Origin: Dendrobates tinctorius
Taxonomy: Eukaryota
Direction: 5' to 3'
Length of the DNA: 64,000 nt
NCBI RefSeq assembly: GCF_039654945.1
Contig: NW_027361775.1
Coordinates: 11,966,001 to 12,030,000 of the forward strand
The notes under the pieces are model-generated. The model did not search any database, was not told the DNA's origin, and saw only the letters and a list, made by a program, of their open reading frames with translations. Shown piece by piece: positions 1-12,125 of this stretch (the first letter of the stretch is position 1; each line of letters opens with the position of its first letter). A program made the position numbers and the translations under genes.

Positions 1-845
1 TAAAATCACATACAATCTGCCTGTGGATGTTTGCCGAGAGAATGAGGTGTTAAACATTCTGGCCGTTGACTCGATTTTGATCACACCATTAATTAGCTGA
101 TACCTGCTGCTACATTTCCTTTAGGACTATTAGCAGAATATATAACAGAAGCCTTATAAATATTATAGGTTGTTTTTTGCTGCTATTGTACGAAACAAAG
201 AGAAGAAAATATATAGAGATGACCAATATTTATGGGAAATTAATAAGTGATCTCCCAAGGAGTTTTTAGTGTATGTTGCTCTAAAAGGCTCATTTTTGGT
301 GTACTTTAAATGCCTAGAAAGAGCAAATAAAAGTCACTGAAAAAACTGGAGAAGCAAATAGTGACACAATGGTGTGTTAATAAAGAGCTGCATAAATGTT
401 TACAAACGTTAGACTGCAATTATTCTCTACCTTCAAGCTTTGTATTTCTTTTTAATATCCTCCATACAATGTGAGATTTCATTCTGGTGATTCAGGATTT
501 TCAGCTGATGCATAATCTCATTACTTATCTATGTGCGTACAAGGTAGGTTACACACAGCGGGGTCCAAACATAATTTTCAGACAGAATAAATAAATAAAA
601 ATTGTGTTCATACAGTGAAAAGTAGGGAAAAGAGGTTCAGAATTACATGACTGACATTCATTCTGTAAGCCTTTCTGTATTATATAAAGGTCTAAAGTTG
701 GTTTCCAGAATGTTCATCTCTGCAGCATGTAAAATACAGCTGCTACAGCAGTTTGCTAAAATCCCATTTTTTACATTGCTTTTCATATAGTTATGTTCCA
801 GGCTGACTTCTGTATTGATTTCTGTAAATAAAAGTGTGTGTCTTA

Positions 846-1252
846 AGGGCCTGTCACACTAAGCGATATCGCTAGCAATATCGCTATAACGTCACTGGTT
901 TTGTGACGTTATAGCGATATTGCTAGCGATATCACTATGTCTGATACTTACCTCCGACCGGCTCCCCCGCTGCTCATCGCTGATCGCGCGAGAACGTCCT
1001 GGACCGTTTCTCGCCGTCAGCTTCCTGCTGGGCTTCCTGTGGTGCCGACGAGCGACGCGTGTACGCGGGCAGGAGGATGTCTTCATCTCCTCGTCTGACA
1101 GGTAAGTAACGATCCCCGACCGCTGCTATGTCGCTGGTGAGATCTGCCTGTGTGGCAGATCACTAGCGACCACTTAGCAATGCACCAGCGATCCTGACAG
1201 CGTCATATCGCTGGTCGGGATCACTGGTGCATCGCTAAGTGTGACAGTACCT
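846..1252. mobile_element. PIF/Harbinger-type MITE
   Basis: Left TIR AGGGCCTGTCACACTAAGCGAT; right TIR reverse-complements to AGGTACTGTCACACTTAGCGAT. TTA TSD at 843-845 and 1253-1255. Internal palindromes. Confidence 0.8.
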
Positions 1253-1659
1253 TTAGACAACCACTATCTTGTCTTGTACTAAGGCATATCTGGCAGGTAA
1301 TAGATGGGAAATCTTACAAGGAATTCTGCTTTCTTATCCAAGTAACTGCAAGCAATTATTTAGCCATCATCTGCCTCTAACAGCTGTGAATAGAATGAGG
1401 CAAATTTTAACCTGTTAAATGTCACTGTCCATCTCTGATAGCAGCATTTAATTTGTGCTGGCAAGGGGACCATGTCATTTCACACACCCAAAGCCTTGCT
1501 GTGACATAATTGGGGGTGACAATGGGTTGCCCTTATAGCCGGTGGTCTGCTGGAGACCTCTGTGCTTGTCATGATCATTCTCCTGTGAAATACAGGAATG
1601 CTATAATGCAAGCAACCAACTGATCACAGCTTCATCTAACAAAGTTGAAATTGAAAATA

Positions 1660-2256
1660 TAAGGTTTTGATAAATATGAAAAAAGAAAAAAAAATTTGAA
1701 GTTGAAATCACTCAATTTTGCCCCATTGCAATTAAAAAAATAAAAAATACACATTTGGTATGCATTCATAAAAGTCTGATCTATCAAAATATAAAATAAA
1801 TCAATGATAAACAATGTAATAAGAAACAAACTGAAATGTCATAATTACATTTTTTCCACTGCAACAACATTGCAATAACATTCAAATACAGGCCATCAAA
1901 ACATTATACTTACCCCAAAATTATATCAGTAAAAATGACAGCTCAGAGTGCAAAAACTAAGTCTTCATACATCCCCATAGCACAAACATTTTTTATCATA
2001 TAGTGACCAGGGTAAAGAAGTAACCTAAAAAACAACTATGGAATTGTACTTTGTAATTTCAACGCACTTGGAATTGTTTCCCACCTTCCAGTACATCAAA
2101 TGATAAAATGAATGATGTCATTCAAAAGTACAACTCATCCCACAAAAACAAGCCTTCACATGGCTACATTGATGGAAAAATAAAAAAGTCATGGCTCTTG
2201 AAAGAAGGGGAGGAAAAAATAAAAATGGAAAATGGCCCAGTCATGACCCGAGGTTA
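1660..2256. mobile_element. Degenerate right part of a piggyBac-type non-autonomous element
   Basis: Similar to the right arm of the element at 48964-52212 (AAGTACAACT..CC..CAAAAA.CAAGCC.TCAC, AAAATAAAAA.GT.ATGGCT); ends at GGTTAA. Confidence 0.55.
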
Positions 2257-2969
2257 AACATATGTTAACCATCCAATTTAATTTTAGGACAAAGAGTAGG
2301 GCGAACTAAGTAGATAGTAGTAGAAGCTCTCCCTCAAACAAAATGTCATTATTCTTTTTTATGTTTTTTACACATTACTTAAAATTTAGCATTAAATCTT
2401 AACTGTAACGGATAGCAAGCGTATCTGAATTATTTTTTTTCAGCAAAAAAATAGAAAAGCTACACATCTAGATTTTGTGTCCAATCAAGTGGACATCCTA
2501 GGAATTTCTGAGATATTTGTCAGAACTTTCCATTCACTAATAAGACAATTTTGCATGTATGAGAAAGTGAATTTTTGTTTCCATTAGGACAAAAACTCTA
2601 ATATTCACAACAGATGGTGTTTCTCACTTTCCTGCATGTGATCAGCGCCCTATATACAGGCCTCTATTGTGCAAGCATATACAACCCCTGGCAAAAATTA
2701 TGTTATCACCGGCCTTGGAGGATGTTCATTCAGTTGTTTAATTTTGTAGAAAAAAAGCAGATCACAGACATGGCACAAAACTTAAGTCTTTTCAAATTGC
2801 AACTTTCTGGCTTTTAGAAACACTAAAAGAAATCAAGAACAAAAAAAGTGGTAGTCAGTAATGGTTACTTTTTTAAAACAAGCATAGGGGAAAGTTATGG
2901 AGTCACTCAATTCTGAGTGAAAAAATTACGAATCATGAAAAACAAACAAAAAAGCACTCCAACACATCA

Positions 2970-4382
2970 CTAGCATTTTGTTGCACCACCTTTATCTTTT
3001 ATAACAGTCTTCTTCCGTGCTGCAGCAATCCTCTGGAATGCTCCACCCAAAGGAATTAGGACTATCCACAATTTGCACTGTTTTAGGAGCACCCTCAAAG
3101 CGCATCTGGTCAGAGCGGTCTAACACGTTCGCTAATCAAAGTCATTTTATGTGTACAGTAAGTGTGCATGTGTAGCCCATTCACCAGCTCCATCTATCCC
3201 CCACTCCCTCAAGATGACTGGACCATCATTGTAAATACATCACTGTAAATACACACCAGTACTCTGTATCTCCACCACCTTCATTGTAGATTGTAATCTC
3301 ACGAGCAGGGTTGTCTTATTTTGCTTTAATTATTGTATTGTTAACATTGTTACTTAAGACTTGTGTTTTGAAATTGTTAAACTGTAAAGCACTGCGGAAT
3401 ATGTTGGCGCTATATAAATAAAGATTATTATTAGTATTATTATAACAGCTTGCAGTCTCTGACGCATGGACTTAATGAGTGTCAAACAGTACTCTTCATC
3501 AATCTGGCTCCACCTTTCTCTGATTGCTGTTGCCAGATCAGCTTTGCAGGTTGGAGCCTCGTCATCGACCATTTTCTTCAACTTAAATTGGATTGAGATC
3601 CAGACTATTTGCAGGCCATGACATTGACCTTATGTTTCTTTGCTCAAGGAATGTTTTCACAGTTTTTGCTCTATGGGAGGATGCATTATCATTTTGAAAA
3701 GTGATTTCATCATCCCCAAACATTCTTTCAATTGATGGGATAAGAAAAGTGTCCAAAATAGCAACATAAACTTGTGCATTTATTGAATATGTAATGACAG
3801 TCATCTCTCCATTGCCTTTACCTGACATGCAGCCTCATATCATCAATGACTGTGGAAATTTGCATGTTCTCTTCATGCAGTCATCTTTATAAATCTCTTT
3901 GGAATGGCACCAAACAAAAGTTCCAGCATCATCACCTTGCCCAATGCAGATTCGCGATTCATCACTGAATATGACTTTCATCCAGTCATCCACAATACAT
4001 GATTGCTTTTCCTTAGCCCATTGTAACCTTGTTTTTTTCTGTTTAGGTGTTAATGATGGCTTTCGTTTAGCTTTTCTGTATGTAAATCCCATTTCATTTA
4101 GGCGGTTTCTTACAGTTCGGTCCCAGACGTTGACGCCATTTTCCTCCCATTCGTTTCTCATTTGTTTTGTTGTGCATTTCCTGTTTTGGAGACATATTGC
4201 TTTAAGTTTCCAGTCTTGAGACTTTGATGTCTTCCTTGGTCTACCAGTATGTTTGCCTTTAACAACCTTCCCATGTTGTTTGCATTTGGTCCAGATTTTA
4301 GACACAGCTGACTGTGAACAACTTTTTAGAGTTTGAAAATCCTCTCCTTTGTTTCAATTGACATTTCTCGTGTTGGAGCCAT
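2970..4382 (-). pseudogene. Tc1 DD34E transposase pseudogene
   Basis: MAPTREMS start at 4382; GRPRK, FSDESR, FQNDNA, WPANSLDLNPI and terminal GGATKC* motifs; frameshifts, stops and an L2 insertion. Confidence 0.92.
3008..3439 (+). mobile_element. 5'-truncated L2 LINE 3' end inserted in Tc1
   Basis: ORF2 C-terminal remnant, then 3' tail CTGCGGAATATGTTGGCGCTATATAAATAAAGATTATTATTA; flanked by 9-bp TSD TTATAACAG (2999-3007, 3440-3448). Confidence 0.8.
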
Positions 4383-7267
4383 AGTTCACGTCAGTCCACT
4401 TGGTTCAACAGCTCTCCAAGGTGTGCTCACTCCTTTTTAGATGCAGACTAATGAGCAGATCTAATTTGATGCAGGTGTTAGTTTTGGGAAAGAAAATTTA
4501 CAGGATGATTCCATAATTTTTTCCCTCAGAATTGAGTGATTCCATAATTTTTCCCCTATGCTCGGTTTAAAAAATTAACCATTACTGACTACCACATTTT
4601 TTGTTTTGATTTCTTTTAGTGTTTCTTAAAGCCAGAAAGTTGCCATTTGAAATTACTTTAGTTTTGTGCCATGTCTGTGATCTGCTTTTTTCTGCAAAAT
4701 TAAATAACTGAATGAACATCCTCCAAGGCCGGTGATTACATAATTTTTGCCAGGGGTTGTACTAAGCCGTCACCTCCTCCATTAATTGGCAGGCCGTGAG
4801 TGGCTATCTATTTAGTATTTTGCATCTGTGCTGCCAACATCTTTGCTACAAGGGCTTGCTACATCCTGTTGTGCATTTGTTCAGAGACATGGGCAGGTAA
4901 GCAGTGCTGCCCCCTTTTCTGCTGTATTTTTGAATTTTTTAAGGATTTTCAGTCCTCTTTTGTGGCTTTGCTACCAGTTTAGTGATAGGACTCGCAAGCG
5001 TGAGGACCCTTGATGTTGGGTTGCGAGGTTGCATATCTAGGCCAAAATATCAACCAATACCTCACATATTTATATGTATTTTATGCACTTTATTTTTCAG
5101 GGTGCAGCCAAGCCCAGCAATTTGGGTCTTTTATACAGGGATGTTCACATGGGATGCATTAAGAGAGTGCTGGCCAGAATAGTTTGAGTGTGACTAATAG
5201 GCTGTGAACCAGACACTATGCATTACTTGCATGTGAACAGCACGCTATACAGGGCTCTATTGTGCAAACATATACTAAGCAGTCACCCCCTCCATTAATT
5301 GGTAGGCCGAGAGTGGTTGTCCATTTAGTATTTTGCACCTGTGTTGCCAACATCTTTGCTACATGGGCTGGCTGCATCCTGTAATGTCCTGTAATGCATT
5401 TGTTCAGGTAAGTAGTACTGCCCTTTTTTCTGCTGAAGTTTTTCATTACATCTTATTATCTAAGTAATTATGATGAATTAATAAAAAAAAGTGGCGGTAA
5501 AATGATCAATGATTTGCTGCAGCAGTTATTTGAGCTGTTAATGTGGCGTCAATGCTGCCGCAAAAACACTGAACTTGAGCAGCATCGCTGGAGCAGTGGA
5601 GGGTAAGTGCTATTAGGCTTTGTTATTTTACATTATGTGGAATCATTTGGGATCACTTTTCTAAAAGTTAAAAACCGCTTTAACAAATATAGCCTCAGGA
5701 TGTTTTCCTAATGTCTACCCCAAATGGTCCAATAGTTAATGAGATTTGTTAACAGTAGTTTAACAGTTCTGTGTGTGTTACCGTACATAGTAAAATATGC
5801 AAGTGACATAACCCAATACTCAGAATATTAATGTTTTTTATGAGCAACATTTTTCTCAATATGATAATAAGATTTAACTTAGAATTAATGTTATACTAAC
5901 ACTCGGTGAAAAGTTGTCGCAGAAATTTCTGTAATTGGAACGGGTTATCAGTGACAGAAATTTCTGCAGCTCATCTGTTTTGTGTGGGCACACCCTAGAG
6001 AATATATCTATTTCTCTATTCAAGCAAAAAAAAAAAACTTGTTCTTCGCCATGTCATAATTTATGCGCTTTTAGACAATAATGTATTCAGTTAAAGTGTA
6101 ACAATTTTGATGATTTTAAATTAAATACTTTGATTAGACAATTCCTGACAAGAAGATATGGAATATCAATGTGTAAAATTGAGCATGTTCAGAAGTAAAT
6201 TCATAGAATAATTAAGGTTTTAATAATGAGTGTAGATGGAGCACTTTTGTATTAGTATCTTCCCTCCCCTTTAATTATCTGAGTCTACTCCGGATGAAGA
6301 AGCAGAAATTATTAATTGCCTTCCCAAGGCTAAGTTTATATAGCAAATAAATGTACAAATTCTGGTATTGCACAGATTTTAGAAACTCTGCTTTTTTATG
6401 GTTGTTGATTAATTATTATTTTCTTCTTTCTGCCATTTTTTACAGTTCAAAATTCTAACTCAAAATATTAAAACAGAATTACTTTAAGGATGTTTATTTC
6501 ACATTATGGACTATTTAATAATATGCATATTTTAGAATCTGATTTATTGTTTAGGCCATTATTTTTTTGTTCCAACATAAGAATGTCAATTTTTTTTTAC
6601 TTTCTAATTAGCTATCAAGTGTTGATAATTCTTCATGTTTTGCTATTTTAATATGAGTTTACTTAAAGGTGATGTAAGTTTATATATAACCCAAATATCA
6701 CATGATGTGCAGATTTTTTACTTTTCTTTTAATACAGAATGCCATAGCTATTTGTATTACATTCTCCAAATTACCTCTCTCTTGTCGATAAATGAGAAGA
6801 CAAAAATACAGGTCATGAACAAAACAAATGCATTTCTCCATTACTGGGACATAAAATGGAAACAGGATTTTCAAAACATCTTGATTTATTCAGTTTCATG
6901 TATGAGTGCCACATGCAGAAATACAAGCTACTCACTCACTTACATGCCTTGGCATGCTATCAGTGAAGTTATTAATGGTTATCTGAGGAATGTTCTGCCA
7001 TGCTGAAGGAACTTGGGTAAACAAATCCTCAAGATGTACTGCTGGCAGCTCCTTTTGCAATTAATGTTGATGATAGGGGATGCTGCGGGCCATTGTAGTA
7101 CATTTAGGTCACTCAGATTAGCACAAGCATCAAGCAGTTTGATATTGTTATGTTGAAAAACATGTAGACTTTTATATATTTTTCGCACTCTTTCAAAATA
7201 ACTATTGTTCTGTCACCCTTTAGACATTACAGATGGGTAATTTATGTACTGCAGCCATACATATATA

Positions 7268-8855
7268 CAGTTGTGCAGAATTTTTGCTTTCTTGGCTTTT
7301 TTTCAGAGAATATGAATGATAACACCCAAACTTTTTCTCCACTCATGGTTAGTGGTTGGGTGAAGCCATTTATTGTCAATCTACTGTGTTTTCTCATTTT
7401 GAAACATAATGACAACCCAAAACATCCAAATAGACCTGATCAAAAGTTGACATACCCTGGTGATTTTGGCCTGATAACATGCACAGAAGTTGACACAAAT
7501 GGGCTTGAATTGCTACTAAAGGTAACATCCTCACTTGTGACCTGTTTGCTTCCAATCAGTGTGTGTGCATAATAGCTGAGTGAGTTTCTGGGATCCAGAC
7601 AGACTCTTGCATTTTTCATCCAGCCACTGATGTTTCTGGATTGTGAGTCACAGGGAAAGCAAAAGAGTTATCAATGGCTTTATGGGAAAAGGTAGTTGAA
7701 CTGTATAAAATGGGAAAGGGATATACTGTAAAATGATATCCAAGGAATTGATAATGCCAGTCAGCAGCATTCAAACTGTGATTAACAAATGGAAAATCAG
7801 GGGTTCTGTAAAAACTAAACCACGGTCAGGTAGACCAACAAAAATTTAATCCACAACTGACAGGAAAATTGTTCATGATGCAAAAAAAACCCCACAAATA
7901 TCATCAGCTGAAATACCGGACTCTCTGAAAACTAGCAGTGTGGCTGTTACAAGATGCATAATGAAGAGGCACTTGAAGAAAATTTGGCTGCATAATCGAG
8001 TCGCCAGAAGAAAGCCATTACTACGCAAATGCCACAAAGTATCTTACCTACAATACACAAAACAGCACAGGGGTGAGCCTCAAAACTTCTGGAACAAGGT
8101 AAATTGGAGTGATCAGACCAAAATTGAACTATTTGGCCACAACCAAAAGCGTTACAGTTGGAGAGAAGTCAAGGCCTATGATAAAAGAACCATCATTCCT
8201 ACTGTAAAGTGCAGAGGTGGATTGATGGTATTTTGGGGATGTGTGAGCTACAAAGGCACAGCACGTTATCAGCAAATACTGGAGGCAAATATGCAATTAT
8301 CAGCCTGGAAGCTGTGCATGGGACATACTTGGATGTTCCACCATGGCAAAGATCCAAATCACAAGGCCAAGTCGACCTGTCATTGGCTACAGCAGAACAA
8401 GGTGAAGGTTCTGGAGTGGATATCTCAATATCCTGATCTCAATATCATTGAGCCACTCTGGAGAGATCTCAAGCGTGCAGTTCATGCTAGACAGCCCAGG
8501 AATTTGCTGGAACTGGAGGCTTTTTGCCAAGAAGAGTGGGCAGCTTTATGATCTGAGAAAATAAAGAACCTCAACCACAACTATTACAAAAGACTTCAAG
8601 CTGTCATTGATGTTAGAGGAGTCAATACATGGTATTAAGAAATGGGGTATGTGAACTTTTGATTAGGGTCATGTCGATGTTTTAGATTGTCATTATGATT
8701 AAAAAGAGAAAACGCAGTAGTTTGACAATAAATGGCTTCACCCAACCACTAACCATGAGTGGAGAAAACATTTTGGTGTTATCATTCATATTCTATGAAA
8801 AAAGGCAAAGAAAACAAAAATTCTGTTGGGGTATGTAAACTTTTGAGCACAACTG
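7268..8855 (+). mobile_element. Tc1-family transposon, defective
   Basis: TA-flanked CAGTTGTGC...GCACAACTG ends with about 200-bp TIRs; left TIR has a small deletion. Confidence 0.93.
7650..8638 (+). pseudogene. Tc1 transposase pseudogene
   Basis: GRPTKI, ARRKPLL, WSDQTKIELFG, PDLNIIEPLW motifs; start codon lost, stops and frameshifts. Confidence 0.92.
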
Positions 8856-9289
8856 TATATCTTAATTTTTATATTTTTGTTCTCTCTGCATCATTTCCAT
8901 AATCATATATTTTATAACTGTTCTGCTGAGTGATCAGAATTTTCATAATTTAGCAACATTTAGGCAGTAAAAACAATTTTTCATTTCTGTCATGCCTCTA
9001 TGCATTGATTTCTGAAAAACACCTGAAGGGTTAATAAACTGCCTGATAGTAGTATTCAATTTGTTAAGGGGTGCTGTTTTTAATTGGTTTATTTTTGAGG
9101 GTTTTCCAAAATATTGGTCCACCAAAGTCACTTCCAAACTGAATAGTCTAAAGAAAAATAAGTTTTATAAATTTCCTTGAAAAAATGAAAAATTACTGCA
9201 AAATGTTTAACATTTCTATCATCCTTACAAAATAAAAAAACATTTTACAACAGATGTTGATGTAAATCAGATATAAGCTAAATGTTCTT

Positions 9290-9735
9290 TGTTGTAGCTG
9301 CTTTTCGTTCTGACCAACAGTCAGGTATGCCAGATTACCAGTGAGGCCGGATTATGAGGTTTTCGCCCTTCTGATGACAAGTGCTTGGAGACAAAGAGAC
9401 TCAACACACACGAGCCGTGGTCAAATCACTTTATCTGACGTAATGAAATACAAGGCAATCTTTTATACCATTTACAACAATATGTGATTCTATGGAGCTC
9501 ATGTAGCCCCCACCATCACCCACCATCACCTTCAGGGTTATACCATGTTTACAATGTACCCAGAACATGGTGTTACTGACTATGGAGAAGAAATATGATA
9601 ACAAGTATAGTTTCCTTGAAAACAGAGACTAATTGTCTACATAAGAATAATTCTAGAAATATTAGGCAAAAGGCAATTGAAGTCTTAAAGGCATTTAAAG
9701 GGATATAAAAGCAAACTATTAACTCTTCTATATCA
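9290..9735 (-). repeat. ERV 3' LTR (446 bp)
   Basis: Direct repeat of 23188-23631 with about 21 substitutions and one 2-bp indel by eye; adjacent polypurine tract AAAAGGGGGAAAT on the minus strand (9736-9748). Confidence 0.97.
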
Positions 9736-9858
9736 ATTTCCCCCTTTTGTAAATGGTATAACCTTTGCCACAGGGTCAGCTGATGTCCACAAAGGAGCTA
9801 CTGCCTCATGGGTCTAGTACCCATAAGGGGGCTTCCTACTTGCTTCGCCCATCCACCC

Positions 9859-11435
9859 TCAGTGTGAACACTCACTTTCCCCATCTGCAATGGCCACCTG
9901 GGGTCTATGATACACTACAGAAGGTTCAGCCTTAGATTCTTTTTTTATGCATACATTATTCAGTAGCTTAAGTAATACATATATTAGCACTTTTACGGCT
10001 ACATAAAACAATAAGCAAAACAACAAAATTTGCATACAAGTCTGTACAATGCCAAAAATCCATCCTGCAAGGCCATTAAACCAATTTGCTGGATTTAGGA
10101 AAGAGAATGTGTTACCTCACCAGGAGTCTCTGTTTGCACTGTGTTGTTTTGACAATTGGTCTCTAAGTACACCTATCTTGTCTATACTGGCCCTGATCTG
10201 GAGATTGCCAGCAGGGTCGATATATTTACAACAGGTGGGACCAATTATTTGACATATTCCTCCTTCTTTTGCTGTCAGGTAATCTAGTATTAAAGTATGT
10301 TGGATAGTAACTATGATTAATTATCTTTGTATTGTATTAGTTTCATTTAGAACTTCAAGAATCTGGAAAATCTGATTGCCCAGGTAGTCGGTAGCTTCCA
10401 CTAATTTATCCCACATTTGTGTTATGAAGGGGTATAATAGCATACTATTGAATATTTTATTTGTTATCCCCATTTCTACTAGATGTGGCCTACCATTTGG
10501 CCGGGGCTTATTGTCTGCAGCCCTTCTATGCAAGGTGTGAATTGGAACTGCTGCTGTGTCTATTTTACTATGAGGAACTATGAAAGTGACTGGTGTCAGT
10601 TTGGCAAGAGTGTAAACCCCTCTTATGTCTGGCTCACCCACCTGTAGGCACGACATCCGCAAACCAAGAATACTCCTTCAGGGAGAACACAAACGTGACC
10701 AGGGGTCTGTATACATTGGTACAAACTCAAAAGTCCTGACATAGGCTTATGGGCACACCATGTATTATTCATTTGTTTTCCACTTATACCAGATGTGCAT
10801 TTACCCCTTTCTTTCATTATTTTACTCATAGATGCTTTACAGCCTTCAACACCATCCTGGTACACAGTCTCTTTAACCTGTGTTTGATCATGAGTGTATA
10901 TACGGAAGCAATTATTGTCCTTACCACAGGTGTTTGCTCCAGTGTGTTGAAGACTGAACCACAGTCCATCACTGGGAATGGGGTCTGAGTTAGTAATTTC
11001 AGTCCTCCTCCTGGCGACCATATTTCCGGCATCTGAATTATATTCCCGCCACCACATTTGTACCTTAGGCCGCGTTATATTAAACTGAAACCAGGGATTA
11101 GCAGCCCATCCGATTATAGCCAATGAGGCAGATATATCACGGGGCACATCTTTTCCCCAAAACCTAGATTGAGTCCAAGTCTCATGGTGTATGTAGTGTG
11201 GGGTTAATACCTCCATGGCTCCAGAGGTAAGGCTAAGTACGGCATGGTCCTCGCAGATACTGGGCTGTGTGTACAGATCCAACAGTCTTTCGGTTTCTGT
11301 CCTTCCATGTCCTTTATAAGTAGAGCATGATGCCGAATAAGTTTGTTGTCCCAGTCAGCATTTAAGAGTTTATCCTGTCTCTGCAGTGCACAGTAACCCT
11401 GTCACTGCCAGCAAGGTGATGAATAGAACAGTCAT
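9859..11435 (-). pseudogene. env: Retroviral envelope (SU-TM, gamma-type) pseudogene
   Basis: Signal peptide MTVLFITLLAVTGLLCTA from ATG 11435; LHRR cleavage-like site; ISD-like QHTLILDYLTAKEGGIC; CX6CC motif CQIIGPTCC; hydrophobic TM segment. Several stops and a frameshift near 10630. Confidence 0.93.
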
Positions 11436-11521
11436 TCTGTTGTTAAAAAGACCTTCTTGCAGTGACTGGCGTGGTTCCAGGTGGACTTTCCCTCAAGTTC
11501 TACTGAGGTGGATGTGGTCAG

Positions 11522-12125
11522 TGTCACGGGGGCTTAGTTCAACTAAGGCTGAAATACCCGGGGCCCCTGTGGTGTCCCTTTACTAGGGGAAACCCTGTCT
11601 GACCCTCAACCCAGGGTTTTTGCTGAAGGTGGAAATGCCTGAGCCTCCGACCTTTCCTTATCTCCTGCTCAGCCCTGCACTTAACCCTCCACCCTCCACC
11701 CAGTGAGAAGTCACCACCAAAGCTCCCACACAAATAATGACAGACAGGGAGAACTTAAACTGCACTGCGCCGCACACACACAGGAATAAACAGTAATGTG
11801 AACAGGGCACAACTAAACACAAATATGGGAAGGAGAAAGGATAACGACGGATCATACGACACCAGATATGAATCTCTCTCTCTTGAACACCTCCACTCCA
11901 GACCGGAACCACTTGGTATGAAACACAAGCTATAATCGGCGACGCCCATATGCCAGTATGACTATTTAAAGACCGTGGGCGTGACTAACCATCCAACCTG
12001 GTCTCCAGCAGGATTAACCCCCGAGAGCCTGAAGATCAGGCCGGCACCACTGAGGCTATAGTGGCTGGAGGTAGAACTACCTCTGCCTGCCGGATGCTGT
12101 GGTGTGAACAGCGTCCGACATGACA
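11522..12125 (-). repeat. Gypsy 3' LTR
   Basis: Direct repeat of 16317-16920 with 3 substitutions seen; preceded on the minus strand by purine-rich AGAAGACGGGG. Confidence 0.98.

Larger units (their letters stand above)
2682..4759 (-). mobile_element. Tc1-family DNA transposon (IR/DR type, long TIRs), defective
   Basis: TA-flanked TIRs CAACCCCTGGCAAAAATTATG...CATAATTTTTGCCAGGGGTTG, inverted match extends about 250 bp; transposase remnants inside. Confidence 0.95.

Noticed and set aside
496-543. Possible plus-strand micro-exon ending AAG|GTAGGT
   Set aside because: Too short to identify and the acceptor is weak; consistent with chance.
9371-9392. CTGATGA-CAAG-(T/C)G-CTTG-GAG(A/G) in both ERV LTRs resembles a hammerhead core
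   Set aside because: Neither LTR has GAAA, the stem II loop is only 2 nt, stems I and III are not evident, and it is antisense to the provirus.
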